Below are positions 38,149 through 49,400 of a DNA stretch of 64,000 bases, piece after piece; positions within the stretch are counted from its first letter, which is position 1, and each line of letters starts with the position of its first letter. Position numbers and translations under genes: made by a program. This DNA comes from Marsupella aquatica (taxonomy: Eukaryota; Plantae; Marchantiophyta). The notes below the pieces were generated by a model. It was not told where the DNA came from, did not search any database, and saw only the letters and a program-made list of their open reading frames with translations. The stretch is taken from positions 16,112,699 to 16,176,698 of the forward strand of contig OZ316894.1 of assembly GCA_973895155.1 (NCBI GenBank). Reading direction: 5' to 3'.

Positions 38149-40114
38149 ATGGCTGCGGATTCAGCTACGATCGCTGGTGCTGCTGCTCAGACGGCTTCAA
38201 CCCAGGTGTGGAGAGGACTGTCTTTCCCCCACTTGTTCCATTTCAGCTGGTTTCCGGTGTTTGTATCTCCTCCAGTAGAAGTGGTCATTCAAGAGAAGCT
38301 TTTCTGTGGTTTTCATGACAATAATGGTTGATCTACAATGTATTCCGTTGTCATGTGTTGGAGTCTAGGGTTTCCAAACATAAAGATATCTTTGTTGCTA
38401 CCTGTCTGCAATCTGCGTTAGGCCGTGCGTACTGTGTCATAGAAATTGGTTTTCCGAGTGTCTTTGTAAGACTGTAAAATATGCCAAGTTGCAGAATTGT
38501 CACTTTTACATGGCACACACGTATCTGTCCCTCTCTAGGAATGTAAAATCTTCCGAGAAATCGAGAAACTAGAACCTGATTCTAAATTGTCTAGAAAGTT
38601 GAAAGTCTGGTTGGCAGTGACAGAGTGCAGTCCTTAGATGTGTTTCCCGAAATCTATCCTGTTCTTTTGGCATCTGCTTCGTCCTTTTGAGGGGTTCAAC
38701 TGCTCAATATGATGGACTCCCTGAGGGTCAGAGCTTAAACATGAGCTTCGTTTAACGATTTTGTCAATTAGGTACATGAGCAGTCTGTTCATTTTCTGAA
38801 CCCTATTGCCACCCTTTGCTTTCATAGCTCTCGCTGGTGATAAAACAATGGGTTGTATGCCTGCAGGAATTTGTGGACCTACAGGGACGGCTTGTTGACA
38901 CCACTACAAAACTTAAGCAGGCAGGCATCCACAACTTTTATCCTGATCTTATTTTGCAGCTGGGTAGAATTGTTTTACTTTTTACTTTGGTATGCCCATT
39001 CCTTGATTGATGGTAAACGTTTTCTTTGCTTCTTCCCGTGCTAAGTGCCCGAACATCGTTGAATGACTTCTGGATGGGGCCCCAGGTGCAAATGCAAATT
39101 AGGAACAAAGAAGCTGAGAAGAAGCGAGCATTCCTAACGCTAGAAGAGCTAAATTCTCTACCCGAGAACACCAACACGTACAAGTCTGTTGGTAAATGTC
39201 ATCTTGGCTTCTTACTTCATGCCAAAGTTCATCTATCCCTTGGTCTACACAACTGCTTTGTGTTTGGTTTCCTGAAGAATATGAGTTCGCAGGTTAGCTT
39301 TCGTTTCTCACGCCCTGTCTCTGTGCTCTCTTGGCGATTCTGTGCAGGTAGAGCGTGAGTTTCACTCTTCGCCTAAAGGCTCCGTTGGACTTATTGATTG
39401 GACTCGGGAAGCAATATCACTGGCAATGGCTTTTACTTGAATGAACCGTTGTGTGGCAATAATCTTGTCATGATTTCTTTGAACATGAGTTTAATGATTA
39501 GGTTGTCGTTGACCGTACAGGTTCATCCATATGCCAATGGCCACTCTTGTGACTGAGCAGCAGGCGAAGACCGAAGATTGTGATAGCACTTTAAAACTCC
39601 TTCAGGTATATCTTGTTTGTCTTGTAAATCTGTAGTGTCAGAGTCGGAGCTATATCATGACAAAGATTTGAAAAAGAGTGTAATCGACAGATTCTTGCCT
39701 TTTCATCATAGTTGCTCAGAATTGTTCATCCATTTCGCTGCCACTGTACCTCATAAATCCAAAACTTTTCTCGTGCTAAATTCTTCACGAATTGCTCTTA
39801 CGTACGATCTCTGAACTTGGCACACCTTCTCATTTGCAATTTCTCCTTTTCTGCTCGTATCTGCTAAAGTAGTGGTTCAATCAGAATTCACGCATGCGTT
39901 GGACCTGTGCTTGAAAATGCTCATTGGATTTGACTGCTTGAAGTCAATTCACATTGCAGTGTATTCGTAGTAGATAATCAGTTCGTTTTTGCCTTTCCAG
40001 ATTTCGAAAAGATACCTGGAGGGGCTGATGAAGGAGGTAGAAAGCAGTTTCAGGGAATTACTGCAGCAGTCACCTGCCCTTGCTCGACAGGTCATGGCTA
40101 TGTCCGTCGCGTGA
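38149..40114 (+). CDS. PFD1: Prefoldin subunit 1 (6 exons, including a 7-nt microexon)
   Basis: Exons 38149-38205, 38867-38920, 39086-39191, 39348-39354, 39521-39605 and 40001-40114 give ...KLKQVQMQIRNKEAEKKRAFLTLEELNSLPENTNTYKSVGRAFI...YLEGLMKEVESSFRELLQQSPALARQVMAMSVA*. Confidence 0.93.
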
Positions 40115-40694
40115 TCATTGTTATCTTTGTGAACTCCTTTTTGTCCATGTAGAGTCCATGTTGGCCCATAACTGTGTAAGCTATAAAACTTTAGAATTTA
40201 GTGACCCTAGTGACCTTGCGTGGAGGATTCAAGGACTAATTGTGGCATTCTCCAATGACGGAGTAAAATGGTCTTTGAGCAATACCCTTCTGCACGGTTG
40301 TGGAGTGGGATAGCAATACTAGGTTTCTAACTTTTCGTCGGCTGGAGTAAGGTTTACTCTTTTGTGAGGTGGACTAGATAATTGTCCTCTGAGTCAGACC
40401 AGCTTAAAGGAAGACACAGGAAGTGGGCTGTAGTTATGAGATTTTGGTTTGAGCCTCTGTGTAACAGCTTTCTTATCGAACATGATGCTCAGCTGAGTCT
40501 GCGAAGGAGTCCGAGGAGCATTGTCGTGAACATGAAGAGTCCCTTGCGGTTCAATCATTTTTTAGATTCAAATTGAGTTAAAAAAAAGTATAAGATTACA
40601 CATCTGTTCCATCAGATTTCTTCTGAAGCTTTGTGATTGATAACATGGAGAGACTACGGTCAAGGAAATATCTGTAGTTTAGTTTGGGTCACTA

Positions 40695-41060
40695 GGGCAT
40701 CTCAAACTTGCTGTTCCCATTGTTTTCCAGCTGCTCTGAGAAACCTTCGACCACGACCCAGACCAAAACCCAACTTTCAGGCAAACTTCATCTTAGAGGG
40801 TTTCAGGTTTGAGACGGTTTCAACACGCTCCTGTAGGTCAACTGGGTGCCGACAATTTTTGAATGGGTGCTGATGATTTGAAGGGCACCAACAATTCTTG
40901 CAGGGTGCTAGTGCATATTGCATAGAGCAAGTTTTGGTGTGGTCAGCGGTGTGCTGACCACCCGAGTGGCTGATGGTCACATTTGGGGGGAACCACAGAT
41001 TTAGGCCTGCATCATTTTGATCACTAGAAACTTCCCAGAATGAGCTGGTTTGAGATGCCC
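40695..41060. mobile_element. MITE-like element (366 bp) with Tourist/Harbinger-like TIRs
   Basis: Perfect 13-bp TIRs gggcatctcaaac / gtttgagatgccc, flanked by TA on both sides; non-coding interior. Confidence 0.65.
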
Positions 41061-41414
41061 TATTGTTGATCACCTCCCTTCCTGGAGACATTTACTTGAC
41101 GGACCCTCAAACCAACGATTTCTCCACAACCAACTCCGTGAGGTTGGGTATGTTCATTTAAGGTTAAAAATAGGCCCTTAAGTTAACTGATGGCACTCTA
41201 TGAGCAAACGAGACTTTCATGCCTCAACCCTCCTCAGACATGAATGACTGCAGCATTTCAGCATATTCAAGGGCAAGGGTAGGAAAGTTTCTAACCCTTC
41301 ATTTCCCAACCATTAAATTTCTAATAGAACAAATGAAGCCCCTGTTTCCTGAGCTGTTTCTGTAGAGATTTGCGATGCACTTTTACTGACAATGTAGGAG
41401 TGGTAAGGGCCAAT

Positions 41415-41740
41415 TTTTTCAGGACCTTCTACATGCAAGACAGACCTAAGATCTATCAATGGCTTTAGAGGGACATGCAATGAACACTTTTCATTTTGGG
41501 GGTACATCAAGTAAATGTCTCCTCTATTTTTCCAGGAACTTCTACATGCAAGACTGCCTCAAGGTATATGAATGGATTTAGAGGGACCACATGTCATGAA
41601 CACTCTTCATTTTTGTGGTCCATCAAGTAAATGTCTCCTCTATCTTCATGACATTCTGTATCCAAGATGGCCCTAAGGTCTGTCAATGAGTTTAGAGGGA
41701 GCACATGTAATGAACACTTCATTTTTGGGGTCCATCAAGA
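41415..41740. repeat. Degenerate tandem repeat ~115 bp x3
   Basis: ttctacatgcaagac...tttagaggga...atgaacact..tcattttt.ggg..catcaag occurs three times. Confidence 0.8.
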
Positions 41741-42339
41741 AAGGGCGACCACACCCGTACAGTGAGTTGCGGCCTGGAAAGGGAATGTTTAGGGTCCCAC
41801 ATTTCTGCCAGTAACACTTACAGGCCCATCACAAAAGCTGCCTTTGCACCAGTACTCGGAACCTGACCTGCCAACTTGCCCTAACTTGAAGTTCAAACCT
41901 CCTAGGTCATATTAAAACCACACATTTCCTGCCCGACCTTGCACAAGCCAGTCTTCCTTTGATGAGCCGAGCAAGGCAAAGCATATCAAGCTCTTGTTTT
42001 CATGAAAAAATGAAAATCTTTGATTTGAATGGCACACATCTTTGATTGGTTTGCACATATCTTCGAGTCTTCCGTCATGGACTCATGGATTTGACTGAAA
42101 CATGGAGGTCTTCATCGTTGACAACCTGCAGGAGTGCATGGGAGGGAATATTTCACAGGAGTATCAATGTGTGACGTGTGGCATCCTATGGCCGGTTGAG
42201 TCAGTTCAGCAAGCCAGGGAAATCAAATTTGGTGCCTGCCAAATTGCCCAAAAGTGACATTCGGAAACTGCTTTTGGTGGTGCCCGTAAATTACAAGCAA
42301 AAAGTTGTTGTCAGCCCGGGACAATCTATGTCAAGTTAA

Positions 42340-42659
42340 TGTTAGGGTTTTGACTCAACCTTGGCCCTTAACTAGAGTAAATTAACTGAAGTTAACATTA
42401 GTTGACTAGACTCTTCATGAAAGGATAACCCTATTGATATTACATGGAGAGAGAGCACTCAATGGAAAACTTTGTGAGAGAGTGAGAGAGCTTGGACCAT
42501 GGAGCTACTTGATATGTACTTTTCGTGTTCATAGTGAAGCTCTTGGTGCTGTCATGGACGTAGTCTTGACAGGGTGAACCACGTATCTTTGTGTCGGTGT
42601 ACTCGAATGTTATATGATTGATGATTATGAGACGTCATGTTGTCCGTTTCGATCTTACA
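42340..42659 (+). mobile_element. Solo LTR of a distantly related copia family, TSD GTTAA
   Basis: tgttaggg...cttaca (320 bp) with GTTAA at 42335-42339 and 42660-42664. Shares the ggacgtag...ggtgaaccacgtatct.tgtgtcg block with the main family LTR. Confidence 0.85.
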
Positions 42660-42884
42660 GTTAATGTGTTTCGTACCCTATGACATAAACCAATACACCA
42701 TATTTATGATCTACAGACCAAGTGATTTGAAGGAGATAACCAAGTGATTTGAAGTACATGTCTCTTGGTTGGTTTATGTTCTGGTTGTACTTGACGCCCC
42801 TGCACCCCCTTTTTTGTTTAAAAATAAAAATTTTAAATGTTGTTTTACTGATGACATAGATTTAACTCATGGTGGAAAATGTAG

Positions 42885-43181
42885 AGGTATTCTATGTTGC
42901 GAGCAAACAGGAGATTTTGATAGCGAGGAGATTTTGATAGCGAGACAAAAATGGTTCCAAATTTCAGTTGCTTTTTTGTGCCCTTTACATTTTTTGTGTT
43001 TTTTTAAGGATTCCAGATTGCTAGCGAGCTAGCTAGCAAAAAGGGAGTCCCCAAACGGGATGTTACCAACCAGGTAGTTGATAGCCAGGCAGTTGCATGT
43101 AGAAAAACAGGGGTCATGCAAGAAATTATTTTGCTCGTGCAAATAAATTTTTTACTATTTGCTCGCACATTACAATTACCC
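42885..43181. mobile_element. Possible MITE with imperfect ~25-bp TIRs upstream of the F-box gene
   Basis: ggtattctatgttgcgagcaaacag pairs imperfectly with ctatttgctcgcacattacaattaccc. Confidence 0.4.
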
Positions 43182-43627
43182 GAAAATGTACAATATGGCA
43201 GTCCGGGCCCATGTAGTGACCACTGGTGCGGTCGCTCTAAATGTTACCCCTACCTGTAGAGAGATAAGGGGGAATGGGAGCGGGAGTGGCGGGAAATTTG
43301 AAACTCTGTCACCTGAAACTCGTAGCAGAGTTGTAGCATGAAGAGCGAGAAGCATTACAAATATAATTTTCCGCAAGTGTGCGAGACTACGAGTTTATCG
43401 TTCTGCTAGCTTCACATCCGTTGAGTGGGAAGTTGATAAAGTATTTGCTCGACAGGTAGTGGAGTGAGTTCCCACAGTGAATGCTGCAGGAAATTGATTT
43501 GGCAGCAGGCTGTAATCGGTCATCGAAGGAGACTTCAAGGAGTGAAATAGTGGCACGAAAGATTGATCCAGCTGCCGAGAGGATTGATACCCCCTACTGA
43601 TAATTTTGCCTCAGTGGCCTGAGCGAG

Positions 43628-45097
43628 ATGGAGGGACCGCAGTGCAAGACTTTACCGGACGAGTTGCTGGAGAGGATCGTCGCAAGGATGCCATTTCCAT
43701 GCGTTTTCAAAGCTCGAGGCCTATCGAAATCATGGCGAGCCCGATTCTCGCCAATATCATCGTTACACAACGCAGCGCAGAAGTGCAGTGCAATCTCTTT
43801 CCAGAAGCTCGTAAGCGAGAGGTGCAAAGATTGGGTGACTTTCTCCCCTTTCTCTATTATTGACCAGATTGCTTACAGCCCTGCATCTCACACTTGGCAA
43901 AGAATGCCATCCGTGCTTAACCTCTCCTGGAAGGCAGCGTCATATCTGGAGATCGTCGGACCCCTCTTGTTAGCTTCTCGCAGACCGGAATATGGTCCCT
44001 GGAGCGATGTAAAGAGGTGCCGAGGAGAAGTTAGTCAGAGGCCTCACCTTTATAACATATACGAAGATGAATGTCCAATGCCTCACGAGCTCAACATGCC
44101 GAAGGAGCTCTATGTGGCCAACATGCTGACTAGGAGCTGGAAATTGTTGCCACCTCGTCCCAATGCCGCTCTAGGTTATGCCTATCGTGAAGCACTGGTG
44201 ATCGACCCGTCATTAGAGTCGTACATGGTGGTTGTATTTTGCCGAGATCATAGTAAGAACGGCGTCTGCAATGGGTATTCTGCACAAATTTATGACTCCA
44301 AGTCAGCTGCTTGGAGTAGCAAGCAGCTTCGTGATACGAGATCGTTCTTTGGCGGTATCGGCACCCATGCATACTTCAATGGAGTAATCTATATGGTCCA
44401 AGACGCTCTCATGCATTGTCTCTTGGCATACCATGTGGAAGCAGGAACTTGGAAAGAACTCAGATTGTCAGATTCCTTTACGGACATGATAGAGGAGACA
44501 TGGAGGGTCGACTTAGTCGTTTGCAATTCAAATTTGATGATGGTCGTGCAGGTTGGTGAGCCTCCCGATGTGGACTGTCTACATGTGCTGAAGGTTGATC
44601 TGGAGTCGCTAGAATTGTGGAAAGTGGCTCGTTGTCCTCCTCGTTCTCTCAATCTACACAAGTTCATGGCATTACCGCCTGTAAGTGATGGTCGCTGCAT
44701 CATTCTCGGGTATGACGAATTTGACGGTAGAATGGTGGGAAAATATGTGGACGAAGTGATAATTTCATTGGAAGAAAAGAGAAGGACGAGGAAGATGAAG
44801 ATCAAAGAACAGAAACAATTGAAACGGATGATGAAGATGAAGATCAAAGAAGAGAAGATGAAGATGAAGGAGAAGATGAACATGAAAATGCATTATGAAA
44901 ATGACGAGCACTCAGAATATGATGATGATGAAGAAGAAGATGATGATGATGATCATGATGATGATGAAGAAGAAGAAGATGAAGATGAGGAATACTATGA
45001 AGATGAGGACGATGAAGAATATAATGGAGATGAAGCAGATGAGTGGATTTGTTTCCATTCTCCTCCTCCCGATGGTGACGACCAAGATTTATCATAG
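43628..45097 (+). CDS. Intronless F-box protein with kelch-like/beta-propeller C-terminal region, low-complexity insert and probable 3' frameshift
   Basis: F-box LPDELLERIVARMPFPCVFKARGLSKSWR; repeat motifs VANMLTRSWKLLP, IYDSKSAAW and AYHVEAGTW. A family-like ending (SSFQPGLNPFTAV*, to 45239) lies in another frame. Confidence 0.88.
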   Translation: MEGPQCKTLPDELLERIVARMPFPCVFKARGLSKSWRARFSPISSLHNAAQKCSAISFQKLVSERCKDWVTFSPFSIIDQIAYSPASHTWQRMPSVLNLSWKAASYLEIVGPLLLASRRPEYGPWSDVKRCRGEVSQRPHLYNIYEDECPMPHELNMPKELYVANMLTRSWKLLPPRPNAALGYAYREALVIDPSLESYMVVVFCRDHSKNGVCNGYSAQIYDSKSAAWSSKQLRDTRSFFGGIGTHAYFNGVIYMVQDALMHCLLAYHVEAGTWKELRLSDSFTDMIEETWRVDLVVCNSNLMMVVQVGEPPDVDCLHVLKVDLESLELWKVARCPPRSLNLHKFMALPPVSDGRCIILGYDEFDGRMVGKYVDEVIISLEEKRRTRKMKIKEQKQLKRMMKMKIKEEKMKMKEKMNMKMHYENDEHSEYDDDEEEDDDDDHDDDEEEEDEDEEYYEDEDDEEYNGDEADEWICFHSPPPDGDDQDLS

Positions 45098-46484
45098 AGA
45101 CCACGAAATCCCCAACAAGGGACGAGGGAATAGAAGGCAAGGGACAAAGAGAAGCAGACACCCAGAGCACAAAACGAAAAAATATCATTGGTGTGGTTCC
45201 TCCTTTCAGCCTGGCTTGAACCCCTTCACCGCAGTGTAGGATTCGGCCGAAGGGAGCTGGATTGATATTTCTATTCTCCACTCAGCGGGGTTTATGGTTT
45301 CTTTGCAATTTACGGCGGTGCTGATTGAAGAGCATCCGTTACCCAATCACGGGATCGCTGTATTTTCCACTCCGGAACCCACTACGGTGCACTCCAGCGT
45401 GCAGCAGACAAGGATGACAACAGGCCGAAGTCATGTTCATGCGTATCAGTATGTAGCTATCAGGCATTCGAGTCAGAAGGCAAGCTTGTGTGGAAATGCT
45501 GTCAGATATTGCGACTATTTTTCTCTTGCTCTCGATTGCCATGCTTCAGTGGCAAATCTGGTTAAAAAATCTAGCAAAGTGGGTTTAACCAGATTGGTGA
45601 TATGAACTCGGCCAAGATTTAATCTGGGATTTTGGAAAGATCAACGTTGCATCTGCCATGCCTCGTTCAAGTCGTTGATTTGAAGCACTGATTAAGCACG
45701 AGACCAAGGAGAGCCACCCGGATGAGTCCTCTGTAACTGAAAGGGACTGCTTGCATTAGGCAACTCATTGAATAGCTTGCAAATTTGTCTGTCTGTTGGT
45801 GATGTAAAGGGATGATCATTCTCTTGTAAATGAACCCATCCGATTGACAACCAATACTTGTGGCACCTCTTCTGAATTTGGCTCCTGAATTTTCTTTAGA
45901 TTTGTCTCCAGAAATGTATTTGTAGACCGTTTGCGGTTATTCAAACATTCTGACTAGATTTCTGGGCTCTCGATTGCATTGCTTCGGTTGCAAATCTGGG
46001 TTTATAAATCTGGCAGACAAGATTGTGATATGTGTTTTTTTTGCGTTCATTTGGGTTCGGTCTAGTTTTGTTTGTTTTCTCCCTTCAACTTTTGCGTCTA
46101 AAGGACACTAAATGTTTGAAACAATTGCGTACAAGAAATCGCACAAACACTGATCGGTTGGTTTCCACGCATGCCAGTGCTTTTTACGACATAATGCCAA
46201 CGAAGATTTGCACTACATTGGATGCCCACCTAACATTCCCTGGTTAAAAACAGAACGAGAATGGGCAGTAATATATGCTTCCGATATGTCAAGCACTGAG
46301 AGAAATTGGAGAATCTCAGTAATGCAATTGACTACAACTTGTCAAGGGACAATCAATAATCCCATCATCCACGTCCGAGCGATTGAATCTGCCCACTCGA
46401 TAGAAAAGTCCAGTCAAGCAATCGTAGTTCCAGTCATCATTTAAAAACGGTCCAATTGAAATGTACAGAATTCTGGGACTTCCA

Positions 46485-49400
46485 TTATTTGGGTACTTGT
46501 GCCAAAAGTTCCTCAACTATTTCCAGACATCGATATAGTACAGATTTCAAGAACTCCATGCCCAGTTGAATCTCTTGACTCGTGTCTGTCCCTTCAGCTT
46601 GGAACAAAGACTGGACCCTTGAAATTTCCCCCAGTAGAGGCAGCAGCCAATATGTCCGCCCCTTTACAAGCTCTTCGGCAGACACTACATGTGTATAGTT
46701 TGTCTTGTCTGAAGGGCGTGGACCACAAATCAGTCAGTTCCAGTGATCGTTTCATCCATGCCAGGACTCGGAATCTCAAACACTTTCACGATGACACTAA
46801 GCACTGAAAACTTCAGCAAGGGCATCCACGAATGTCCCTGGTGCCACAAAATATGCACATTCCTAGCAATGTGTATATTTCAATCAATTCGAAGACAAGA
46901 GATTCTTGGAGCTGTTATCAACCTTCTTTCCTGGTTGATCACAAAAAAACATACCTCTTGACTCGCGGATTAGAAGAAATCGATACAAGTTGAGGGCACC
47001 TAGAACCTGTTCAAGCCAAGGTGTCAACTTCGTCAGCCTTCTGTTGATGGCAACAGCTACTGTCAAAACATTGTTTTACGGACAGATCTCGTAGGCGACA
47101 GAAAGGTGTCATGGACTGAATGGCCTCAATTGACGAGAGAATAAAATGAAAAAATCCAGACGTAGGACATTTATACAAGGCTGGTTGCACAACAACATAC
47201 AGCATCCAGGTTGGCTGGTAGCTCAACAATTTCCCCATCTTTCGTTCGGAGCACACACTGGATGAATTCCAGCACATTCTGACTTGTAAATGGAGACAGA
47301 GAGGGTACAGTCTCTTTTTCCGCATCATGCTCAAGCGTCTGCTGGCCGTTATTCTTTGGCCAAGACTTCTGCACTTCATCTTTGACGCAAGTCAACAGCA
47401 AAGAAACCTGCACACCAAAATCTTTAGTGTCTCCGTTTGAATATTTATCTGTCCTGGTGATGAACATAATATGATGACATGGATGGATGACTCCACGAGT
47501 GGAAAGAATGGATGCGGTTAGTAAAGGACTCTTCTAAAGGACGGGTTCTGGACATGTTAAAGGTCCTAGTTCACCAAGAACTACACAGCAAAAATAACTG
47601 ATCACTTAGAATATGAGTTTATTGAATACAAAGAGCCAATTTTCCCAGATAAAGTAGTTCATAGTTTGAACAAACAACAGCTTAAAATCATTGATAATGA
47701 CTCCAATACATGTCATCCTTTGGCATTCTGCATCCGTGTTTTGCGAGGCAGGCCCAGAGAAGTAAGTTCACAAAACGCGAGCTCCAAAGGTAAATGAATT
47801 CCATGGGCAGATGAGGTACCAAGGAAGGTTGATCCGAGAGTTTGATCAAACTATCCAAAGTTTCAAATCTTGCTTTAGTTGGGAGAACCTCTGAAATGAC
47901 CTGTAGGCAAAAGCGAAAAGATTTTGACGAGATGTAAGCCAGGTGAGTATGATCAATTCAAACAAAGCTCACTAGCTTCAAGTCCTGCGAGCATCATATA
48001 CAAATTCAAGTATCCACAATTTCTACTTAAATGGTTTTCTTACTGAGACGAAAACGTTATGAAATAAGGATTTCGACATCCGTCTCCGAGGAACATAATT
48101 TTCAGATGGGTTGCAAAATCGAGTTTCAGAAACAAAACAAGAGAGCTTGGTGTGGTCACCTTTATCAAAACACCATAAGCTTGTCGTCGAAGCATTGGAC
48201 TTGGAAGATAAACCACCATAACTTGGAGCCTCTGGTACATCACCATAATCAGATGAGGCTTCAAACTACTGCGAATCCCGAATAATGGAATCTTATCTAA
48301 AGTTCTCTGGCAGGATAGGTGAGTTGAAAAATCCATAATAAAATAGGATCACAGACTTTAATTCTACCAGGAAAATCCTCTCACAAGGCCACAAGCAAAA
48401 AACAAGGTAAGGCTAATGCCGAACCTGTAAAGCTGGCACAATCTGGACGTCAAGTGCGTCATCCCGCTCACTGGCATCATCACTCTTAGAGGATGCACTG
48501 TATAATTCGAGGATGTATGTCATTATGATCAACCCTTTGTGGATGAACGAAATTTCCTCTATACCAGACACTGGAACGAGGAGAGTGCTCGCAAGTACGA
48601 CGATGTCTAGAACCATCTCCCTCCCCGGAGTTTGGAGCATTTTCTTCAGCCCAGCCAATTCTCCACTAATAGTGTATCCTTCACCAGTCTGCATTCCCCA
48701 GTAAACTGCTCTAATTCCACAAACAAAAAATTAAAACTCAAATTAAAAATAAGAGTAAAGAAATCTTGATACGTACCCTTTTTCATCAGCTATGATATTG
48801 AGACGCAGCTAATAATAAGTCAGAAGCCAACTAGCCGTACTTCTTCCCACATTTGAGCAAAGACATCGAAGATGTAAAAAATAAGCAGACCAGCAAGAGC
48901 AGCTCCTCTTTCGGCTTCTAGTCGGTTCGTCAGGGAGTTCATTTCGTCCTCTGAAACTACAAGTGTATTCAAACAGTCAGATAGTACAATTCAAGTAAAA
49001 TTTACAAAGCAGCTAAGAAGGTCATGTAAACGTCCAAGTCTGACTTGAGAAACAGCTGAATTTGATATATTGAGGTCCTTGGACTCACCATCAAAGACGA
49101 TATCAAATTTCGCGTTAACCTTAGATAAAGAAATATCACTGAAAGACAGCAATTCCATGAGTTCAAGTACTCCATCTGGTACAACACTGGTTGAGTTACT
49201 CGAAGCTCTGCCAGCTATAGCCTGCTTGACAGAAGGATAAAACAAATGGCAACGGTGGGATTTTAGAAAATTGGAAACCATTGAAAAGGAACAAGACAGA
49301 CCATTGTCTTTGATGCACATGTAGATCCGACTCGGATAATTCCTGACAAATCTTTCAGCGGATAGCTTTTATCACTGCAGAATAGTGACAGAACGAACCA

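Noticed and set aside
44389-45281. Antisense ORFs rich in F/I/H/L
   Set aside because: Shadow frames of the GAT/GAA microsatellite in the F-box gene.
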